Below are positions 42,714 through 51,725 of a stretch of 51,725 nt of DNA, in pieces. The DNA lies in NCBI GenBank assembly GCA_049999805.1, contig JBNGIO010005827.1, positions 62,001 through 113,725 on the forward strand, given 5' to 3'. The notes under the pieces are model-generated. The model saw only the letters and a program-made list of their open reading frames with translations, made no database searches and was not told where the DNA came from. Origin of the DNA: Folioceros fuciformis (lineage: Eukaryota). The first letter of the stretch is position 1. Each line of letters opens with the position of its first letter. The position numbers and the translations under genes were made by a program.

Positions 42714-45307
42714 ATGTCCGCAGCATGGCAATTGGATCCGTTATGGACCCAACCAGTTCGTGGGTGTACAGGGATTCTCAGAGGAGCTCTCGGTTACCTC
42801 AGTTTAGGGAGGCAACCGCTTGTAATGAACGGAATCGCGAGGTGCAGCAGTGGGAGGAGTCCAGCACCCAGCAGAAAATCCATGGCTGGGGAAGGAGTGC
42901 GCAGCGATTGTCATCGCCAAGACCTAGAGCTCTCGGACCGGCAGTTCTTTCTGTCTCCTGCATGTGGTGGGATAATAGCGGAATTAAGAAGAAGCGCTCT
43001 CGTTCGCTTGACTTCCGTCAGAAGGAGTCCAGTTAGGTGCTCTGGTTAGACGACTCCTCCAAGCCAGCCTGCGTGGATCAGCAGGTCCTTGGTTTGGGTA
43101 TGCAGATGGGTCGAGGGTGCGCTGCTTCCAAGTCAGGCTCTTGCTGTACTCTGAGGGAGGCGGGCCTGCAGAATCCGACTTGGGCGTGTGGCTAGAAACG
43201 TGCGCAAGTTTTGTCAGCAGGGGCAGCTTATGCTAGCTGTCGAACCTCGAGTTTCTGGCGAAGGCGCACTGTTCAATCTCTCAGTCTTTGTTTTATGCCT
43301 TGGTGAAAAGTTGTGCCGCTAAGAAGAACGTGGTTGTCCGGCGATGAGTTCATGATCCCATTTTCAAACTTGGATACGAGTCAAATGCATACTTGGGAAA
43401 CCACATCTTGCGCATGTATGCATGTGGAGGTAGGTTAGAGGGTGCGATGGATGTGTTCCCCAGGGTGGGCAATCCAGATGCGTTCATGTGGTTCTCCACA
43501 ATCTCCGCATATTCTAAACGTGGGAAACCGAATGTGGCCATAAGGCTATACCCTGAGATGTGTAGCTCAGGTGTGTCATGCTCACGTCTTTGTTGCTGCC
43601 CTTCTAGCTTGTGCATTCAACGCCAACTTGGAATCTGGGAGAAAAGTGTACTCTGATATCTTGAACAGTGGCATTCCTCCTAACTTGTTTGTTGGCAACT
43701 GCCGCGCAGGAATGTATGCAAAATGTGGGGAACTGGAAGATGCACGCCAGGGTTTTTGACAGCTTGGCTACAAAGGATGTGGTGACTTGGACAGCCCTGA
43801 TAGTTGGGTATGCACAGAGAGGGCTCAACGATGAGGCGCTTGTTCTGCATGGACAGATGGAAGAAGAGGGCCTAGTTGTGGCTGACTCGGTTACTTTTTC
43901 TTGCCTTTTGAAGGTCTGTGCAATGGCTGGTGCCTTGCAGAAGGGCAGACAACTATATTCACAGATTGTGGAAAGAGGACTGCTGAAAAGTGACTTACAG
44001 GTGGCCACTTGCCTTGTGGTCATGTATGCAAAATGAGGTGAGCTACAAGATGCACACAGGGATTTTGACAGTTTGTCCACGAAATGGTGGTGTCATGGAC
44101 CACGCATATACCTGGTTACAGAAATCATGGACTTTCTCTAGAAGCACTCTTTCTGTTTGGACAATGGAGCAGGATGGCCCGATTTTGACTAATCACGTTA
44201 CTTTTACCTACCTTCTGAAGGCCTGTGCAAGCGCGGGCGCTTTACAGGAGGGAAGGCGGTTGCATTCACAGATTGTTGAAAGAGGAGAGCTAGAAAGTGA
44301 TATACGGGTGGGCAACTGTTTGGTGGGCACATATGCCAAATGTGGGGAACTAGAAGATGGGCGCGGGGTGTTTGACGCCTTGTTAACAAAGGATGTGATG
44401 ACAGGGAATGCTCTCATAGACGGGTATGGTTCTTGTGGTGAAGGTCACAAAGCACTATCCTGTTTCGAGGAGATGATAGCTGCTGGTGTTGAGCCTAATT
44501 CTGCTACTTACGTTCCCGTCGTAGCAGCATGCGGTCACAAGGGATTGGTGAAAGAGGGTTGGAGGTACTTCGATGCCATGGTTGAACAGCATGGCATCGA
44601 ACCTAGTCTTCAGCATCGAAATTGCATGGTTGATCTTCTTGGGTTTGCAGGCTATTTAGATGAGGCAGAAACATGCTTCTGTCGTCGGGTGATAGCCAGA
44701 GCAATGTTGTGGGGTTGACATATTTGCTGAATGCCTCCAAAGGTCAGGGGAGTACAGAGAGGGCGACTCGGTGTTTTGAAAGTCTTGTTGGATTGCATCG
44801 TCAGGGGGCATCCGCATACGTGCTCATGGCCAATGTCTACGCAGATGTAGGGAGGTGGGCAGATGTAGAAAGGATTGAACGACAAAGGATAACAGCAGGA
44901 GCTAGTAAGAGACGGGCAGTGGCAGGCATTGAGGTTAAGGATCAAATACGTTTGTGGTGGGAGAGCATAGAAATGATATCTCGCTCGAGGTCGAGAGCAT
45001 GAACTTATATCTGAAGGAAGAAGGGGGCCACGTACCGCAGACAAATTTGGTGTTGGAGCCATCGACTGAGAAGGAAAAGGAAGATATGCTTTGCGGGCAT
45101 GCTGAGACGCTAACTTTGGCGTGTGGTCTCTCGAATACTCCGAGTGGTACACCCTTGCGGGTAACGAAGAATCTACGCATGTGCAGTGATTGCCATAGTT
45201 CGACCGAAATCATTTCAAGAATTGAAAAGGCAAACATTGTTGTCAGGGATGCGTACCGTGTTCATCGATTCGCAGCGGTGTGTTGCAGTTGTAAGGGTAC
45301 ATCATGA
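42714..45307 (+). pseudogene. PDF-PPR-DYW:KP pseudogene (copy 5)
   Basis: Collinear with the paralogs (MSAAWQLDPLWTQP; MWWDNSGIKKKRSRSLDF; PPR fragments; LCGHAETL...CSDCH...CSCKGTS) but split over many frames, with stops. Confidence 0.9.
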
Positions 45308-46494
45308 GAACGAATCCAAAATCCACGCTAATGGAGTGTGTTCGGCGGTTCTAAAGTCTTGTTACATTGAACCCACAGGGACACAGGATATCCTCGATGC
45401 ATGATCCCAACAAGCAGGTGCCGCAGGATATCCGCCACGAGTTTAGATGCGTCCCGGAACCATTCCCTGAGAGCTCCTATGGTTGGAAGGATCTCCCATG
45501 GACTGCCCCCCCACCATCAGAAAAGAAGGAAAATCTAGGACTCTCTCTCAACGCACGAGTACGAACAGGCTTACACGTCTCGTCCCGACCATCGTGGAAA
45601 GGATTCTGCCCAAACACTCACGCAATGGGGAGAAAGATCACGTTTGTGGCACCTGGTGGGCCTTCGGCCCAAAGCAGACCATCACAGCTATGGCTATCCC
45701 TGACTGACCGGCGAGGACTCGCGGCATTGTCCCGCTCGGTGACGATACGGAAAACCGCACGGTATGGGAAGAATGGTCACCCGTGGTGATGACCCACGCG
45801 GGGACCCGATGTGATGTCCCGCGTCTGTGTCCTGGCCTGGGTAGTGTGACAGGAATGAGTCTGTATGTACATACATATGCATGTATGTACATCACACGTG
45901 CTCCAGCTCCAAGGGATGGCAGTTGGTTTTACAACCGTAGTCAAGCCTGTGGGACTGGTATATTACAAGATGCCTTCTTCGGATTCCGCTGTGTCTCCAT
46001 CACAGACTTGGTCCAGGGCGTCCAGCGCGCTCACTTTGTGGTCTCCGAGCAGGTTACGAGTTGTCAGCTCCATATGCAGATGTAAGTCTGAAGGGGATCG
46101 AAGTCTCCTTCCTCCACCGCATCTGCATCGGCTTCGTTCAGTGTCTACTGATCCTCCCAGTGGTCTTGGTGTGTCTTGGCGCCTCGACATCTTTCCGAGC
46201 CTTGCACCTCATTGCATTGTATCAGCGATGATATTTGCAATTCGCTGTTGAGAGATACTGCCATCGACGTCATCTCAGATTACAGTGATCGGAAACGAGG
46301 TGCAACTAGTGGGTTAGGTCGTGGGCGTGGATCTTCTGGATCATGAAACTTATTCGGAATGCATTGCTGCTCTGTCTGTGCCAGGCAGATTTGCGAGACA
46401 TCGTGGATCGTGGTGATTGGTTTGTGAGCTTCAGGTTGTGTGCTCCTGTTTGGAGTTTCATCGCGCACCTCCTTGGGAACGAAGGATATTTAGC

Positions 46495-48541
46495 ATGGCG
46501 GTGGACATAGGTGAGCAGATTTAGTGATTTTGTTAATGGTTGTGTGGCGACTCAGATGTATCAACGCTGAGAGGGGAGGAAAGTCGATCACCTTCGGTTT
46601 TGTCGGATTGCAGCAAACGTGGATTTGGATGCGTGTCATGCTGTCGCAGTTGAAGTAGCACGGAAAGCCGGAGCGGTAGAGATCTTACCTGGTCCTTGAA
46701 GCAGCAGGCTAGCGAACCCTGTTTGTCACAGGCAGTCTGAGATTTGGCAGAGTTTTTCTTTCGCAGGTTATTCTGAAAGGATTCCACCAGCAGAAGATCG
46801 TTGGCTACAAGGGCGAGGTTCGAGTTTCATCGTGCTTATGTTAACGTTGTGGGCTTGCCCTTGATAGTGATTACGATGCCTCTTACATATACTTTCCTGC
46901 AAATAGGTTGATCTTGTTACTGAAACAGACGAGGAATGTGAGCGTCTAATTTTTGCTGACTTGAAGAAGAGTTTTCCCACGCATGAGGTACTCATCTAAT
47001 TTTGGATGTGATTAGCTTTGCTAGCTTGGTTTTGTTTCTGATGACAAGTCTGGATCAGTTGATTGGCGAGGAAACAGCAGCTGCGAGTGGTACTGTCACT
47101 CTCACAGATGCGCCCACATGGATCGTGGATCCGTTGGATGGCACAACAAATTTTGTGCACAGGTGAAATTTCCTCTGTGAAATCTTTGCTGCCCAAACAG
47201 CGGTCTTGAGTGCCTTGTTTGCAGTCTTACCACTAGCAGTTAGCTCTGTGACTTTGTTTCCATCTTGGGATTTGGGATATGGGGTTGGATACTATGCTTC
47301 ACTGTCAGTCCTGAGTCCATGTTTTCACTCGCACGCTAGGTTTCCATCGGTGTGCGTATCTATTGGCCTTGTGGTTAACAAAGTTCCAGTGGTTGGCGTC
47401 GTGTACAACCCCATTGTGGACGAGGTACGAGTCCCATTTGAAAATCTGCTACGCTACGGTGTGAAGAGGCCTTGTGCCTGTAAGTGCCACTCCTTGGTTC
47501 TTCTAACAGCTGTTGAAATGGATTGCAGCTGTTCACCGGTGTGCAAGGAAAAGGTGCATTTCTAAATGGATCAAGAATTTATGGTGAGGGGTCTATTCGC
47601 TAGTACTTGGTCAAGACCTACTGTTAGATGGCGTAGTGCACCACGAAACGTATAGATCCTTTTCTTCCCATGCATAATATTGCTCAACTGTTAGATGTGT
47701 AGAGCTTTAGCTGGCGGGTACTCTTGTAGCTTACCCCTGTGGATCACCAGAACACTTGGTAACTGGGCTTGGTACTTGGCTCGTAATGCAGCTTCTTCCG
47801 TCACGGAGATTGGCAAAGCCCTTCTGGGCACTGAGGTGCCTTAGCCACAAGCTTTTTCGTTCAGCATCCTGTAGGTCTAGCAGATTCCGGACGAATTCTT
47901 ACCCCCCCTGCCCTTCATGGTTTGCAGATAGGCACAAAGAGGGACACGCAGACAGTTGATGAGACGACTAACAGGATCAACAATCTCCTGTTGAAGGTAG
48001 GGTTATGGAGACTGTAGAAGCGGAGCTGTGGCTGAGTCCATCAATGCCTTACAGCCGAGTTGTGAAATATGGCGTCTTGCGATGTGTGCATGTTCCGACA
48101 GGTTCGGTCTCTTCGCATGCTGGGATCATGCGCGTTGGACCTGTGCGCTGTAGCTTGTGGGAGGCTAGATCTCTTTTATGAAATTGGCTTTGGTGGACCA
48201 TGGTACGTACTCACAAGTGCTGTCAAATTCGAAGTCGAAGTGTGTGGCACTACTTCCCTCCTACTGACGGGGTGATATGCTACATCAGGGATGTGGCAGC
48301 TGGAGTCTTAATATTGCAGCAGGCGGGGGGTTGCGTTTTCGACCCGTACGTCTGCTACCATCTTGTCATGAGTTGTTTTGAATGTCTGTTTTCCACAAGC
48401 ACCTTTTTGCTTGCAGCCATTGTAACAGACGTGTGGGGTTTCAGATCCGGCGAACCTTTCGACCTCATGTCCCGTCGTGTTGCAGCATCAAACGGGCAGT
48501 TGAAAACAGCTTTCGTCGAGGGTCTACAAGCACCCTTGTAA
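46495..48541 (+). CDS. VTC4: Inositol monophosphatase / L-galactose-1-phosphate phosphatase (multi-exon, ~12 exons)
   Basis: Spliced at GT-AG sites: MAVDI / [21 protein letters not shown] / [17 protein letters not shown] / VDLVTETD...FPTHE / LIGEE...[15 protein letters not shown] / [10 protein letters not shown]...VYNPIVDE / [14 protein letters not shown] / ...LLGTE / IGTKRD... / [34 protein letters not shown] / DVAAG...DP / [16 protein letters not shown]...*. IMPase signatures DPLDGT and WDVAAG are present. The start exon is least certain. Confidence 0.9.
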
Positions 48542-51230
48542 TCACTGGCTGACATGCGTAGTCCAAACCCCATTTTTTGTGCACAAACAAGCACATCGCT
48601 GCCGTTCTGTGGGCCAGGAAACTCACCTAATTCGCGATGAAGCAGTTTTCGTCACTTCTTATCTGGCCAGCGTTTGTTCCATGGTCACACAGTATGTCTC
48701 TGACGATCTTCCAGCTATCGAGTGGCAACAGCAAATGAAGCGAACCTGAACAATTCATGGAAGGAAGGAAGGAGCCAAGATTCATAGCCTTTTACAGCAG
48801 CATTTAGTGTCAAGGTGAATTGCAATCGCAGCGAGGAAGGTTTGCAGAGACGACGATGGTCAAAGATCCACGTTCTTTGCTATTGGTCAGGTGCAGAGAT
48901 ACTCGAGCAGCATGCGGTTATGGAAGATGCAGTGGAGCTTAAGTTACACTGCCCAGTGGCGGTGAGGGAAACCAGAGCAATGAAGAGCGAGAAGGCCAGG
49001 CCCTGCCACAGCCACAGCCACAGCCACAGCCGCAGGAGAATATTCCGTTTCAATGAAAAGGGCGTTATAGGGTAGGCAGAGCGTGTGAGAGAGAGAGCTA
49101 GTCGCCGAATCCTGTGCGAACAGGGCATGGATCCAGGATGCCAGGAAGAAGCCCGGGCATCGTGATCAGCGCGTGCAGTTTGCCAACAAGCGCTACACAA
49201 CAAGAGACGAACAATGACGCCACCTGGAGCGTGACGGCAGCAGACGATATATGCATTGTAAATTATGTACAGCATCTCCACCCGATTACATAAATATCTG
49301 CCCGCATCACCTCTGCCAAGATGCACGTAGATACTGTACAAAAATGTACTTGCCGTAGCAGTCAGGGATGTGGTCAGAGCCACCAGGACCAACAGGGCAC
49401 CGCGCGACCCGAGCGCCGGGCAGGGCCGGGCAGGGCCGGACCGCATCCCTGCTCCTTCCTTCACGCTTGATTCAGATGAAAGCCTGACACGAAAAGGGCT
49501 GACTGCAAGTCATTTCTTGGCACGCACTCTTTTCACGCTTGCCATGGCCGCACTGTTGAGCTGCATGCAAGAAGCAAGTCGTCACCGTCGTCACCTGTGA
49601 TCCGTTCATAGCTGTTGTGACACAAAACAAAACAGTACGCGATTTGCGCACTAGCACGAGTGATGAGATAAGTGCACAGTTCGGCCGTCTCGCTTTCTGA
49701 GCCGAGAAACCCGACACCGCGCTCTTGACAGCTTGCTTATAGCATCCAGCGCCGCACCTGGCCGACTCCATCTACACCTGGAGCAGGATCGGCAAATCGC
49801 CGGACGAGACAAGAACGATGTTACCAAGCTAGTGGTAGCCGCAGCCGTAATCAGGTGGTAGTAGGGTCACGGTTGCCAATGTCAAATATCCACAATGTTT
49901 CCACACGCCGCAAAAATAGCAGAAACCGAGATACATACAACAACATGTACATGTATCTGCTGTACATCCCTTCCTACATGCCGTGACCTCCTTTCCTGCT
50001 GCCTGGCGGGGAGACGGGAGTGGCGGGATGCGGCGAGATGCCGCCTCCGACAAGCCCTTGGGCAGCGACCAAGAGGCAGCAGTGGCAAGGGGAACGAAAG
50101 AAGGGAAAAAGGCAAAGCGAAGATGACAGCACCACAGCAGTCCGGAGCGGCCACGTCTCGCGGAACGACACGTTCCCACCGGCCGGGAGCCAGAGGCGCT
50201 ACTCCCAAATTGGAAAGGTATCCCGGGACGTCGCACAAATTCGCGGCCACCGCGCATCTCTCTTTCCCTCCTAGCTCTACTCTGGCCCTCACTTTGTGGA
50301 CGCTCGTTACGTGTTGAGGATGCTGCATAGGCCGCATTCCCGGCTTTGCAAGCTCCTGCCAGACTCCATGCCGTTCCGTTGCGAGCACTCCTTTGGCCCA
50401 ATCCCAATCCCAATCTCAATCCCTTCCCTTCCCATTCTCCGCTTCGCTCCTCCCCTTTTGCTGTCCGGCAAGCGACGACCTGGTTGGGAGCTGCGATCAG
50501 GCTCACGTTGGCCCCCGGCTCGCGCATCCACGCCCTTTGGACTAGTCGATGAAGGCCCATCGCAACACATGAAGGAAAGAAGCTTCGCCACACCACAGTT
50601 CGTCATGTCAACGCCGGGATTCCGGAATCCACGGGACCAAATTCTGGTGTGCACCGTTCTGTTCTGGCCAGCCGGAGCCCCGGGCCCTCCTTCCTTCCTT
50701 CCTTCCTTCCCCTCCACCGCCTCGTGGCTTTCATCACCCAGCACCTACTCGGTAACCCAACCCATTCCATGATTATAATGTTTCTTATTTCTCTCCCATC
50801 GGTCCACCGCCGCAGGGTCACGCTCCTTCACTGCTTGTACTTACACGCTACAATCTCACAAGTGCGCTGATGACACACTACTGATGTTGGATTCTCTCTC
50901 ATGCAACCTATTGATGTGGACAATTTCATTTTAAGTTTTTTTTAAACAAAAAAACAAACTTTGAGTCAAGCCTATCAGGCTTACGTTTCTTTTTTCCTCT
51001 TTTTAATCAGTTAGTCAATTAATTAATTAATTAGTATTTTAAGTTCAACTACAAAACTTATTAATTGTCTTTCAATTAATAATAACTTGTAATTAGTTTT
51101 ATAGAATCTCCTTTGTTAGTACGCATACTTGTTCAAAGACCGAGGAGAGTTGGTTTAGTTATACATTGAAAGTTGTGTTCTGTCCTAGCCAACCACATCA
51201 CACCTATCTTCGTGTTTTGGTATGTGTTAC

Positions 51231-51427
51231 TTAGTTCAACATTGGAAGACGTTTTCTTTCCTAACCAACCAACCACATTACAACTATCGTCTTGTTTTGG
51301 TTTCCGCATACTAACTATATGATTTGGTGTGTGTTAGTTCAACATTGGAAGACGTTTTCTTTCCTAACCAACCAACCATATTACAACTATCGTTTTGTTT
51401 TGGTTTCCGCATACTAACTATATGATT
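51231..51427 (+). repeat. 103-bp-period tandem duplication (plus a diverged partial copy upstream)
   Basis: TTAGTTCAACATTGGAAGACG...CATACTAACTATATGATT at 51231 and 51334. Confidence 0.85.
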
Positions 51428-51725
51428 GTATCGTTGACAATATGAAACGAATTATACTTGAAGATAGAAAAAGGTAGAAAGTAGTATTAATTTGGATCTA
51501 GACCTATTTTCACTTCCAACAAAGTGGGGAAGTTGGGAACTCAGGATATTAGTGAAGGCCTGCGTTTCCATAACTGGAATGTGGAGAGTGAGATGTTATT
51601 GAGATACCCACATATTATCTGCCTAGCGATGTAGAATCATGTATGTATGTACGTACGTATGTATGTATGCATGCATGTTGGCGGAAACAGAGGCAAGGAG
51701 GAGGATGTGGGGCCAGCGTAAGGGC

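Noticed and set aside
17873-45237. Many antisense and alternate-frame ORFs overlapping the PPR genes (e.g. 18350-18958, 22654-23142, 37468-38145)
   Set aside because: They are shadow ORFs of the repetitive PPR coding sequence and recur only because the paralogs are similar.
45367-46251. ORFs between the PPR pseudogene and the IMPase gene
   Set aside because: No recognisable domain or splice pattern; probably intergenic or promoter sequence.
50000-50075. Minus-strand peptide WSLPKG...IPPLPSPRQ reminiscent of the IDA EPIP motif
   Set aside because: The spacing is wrong, there is no terminal HN, it is not at an ORF end and there is no clear signal peptide; likely coincidence.
1-51725. tRNA, rRNA or conserved miRNA genes
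   Set aside because: None recognised by eye. The only tRNA-related sequence is the Copia PBS.

Overview
Eukaryotic plant nuclear DNA with several N gaps. It is most likely from a hornwort (Anthoceros-like), inferred from GRP-ending DYW:KP PPR genes and mostly short (~70-210 bp) introns. The core is a cluster of five paralogous, intronless PLS-class PPR genes: four intact and one pseudogene. They end in DYW:KP-type domains (KPAxAxIE, HAE...CxxC, C-terminal GRP/RRP), the class associated with U-to-C organellar RNA editing. Unexpectedly, every copy also carries an N-terminal ~50-aa segment matching the PDF ssDNA-binding motif of OSB proteins (W/F-F-x-x-P-x-x-WWDNRRxK...PDF...GExLW). I know of no description of this architecture. 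The left third is a nested TE stack: a PIF/Harbinger element (ALP1/HARBI1-like transposase plus a convergent trihelix-like gene) split by a Ty1/Copia element with 158-bp LTRs, PBS, PPT and TSD. The Copia element is itself split by a Ty3/Gypsy element carrying a PHD finger and a probable remnant of a C5 DNA-methyltransferase C-terminus. A 5'-truncated L1-like LINE with poly(A) and a 14-bp TSD lies between PPR copies. A multi-exon inositol monophosphatase (VTC4-like) gene follows the cluster. All family assignments come from motif recognition by eye; no searches were run.
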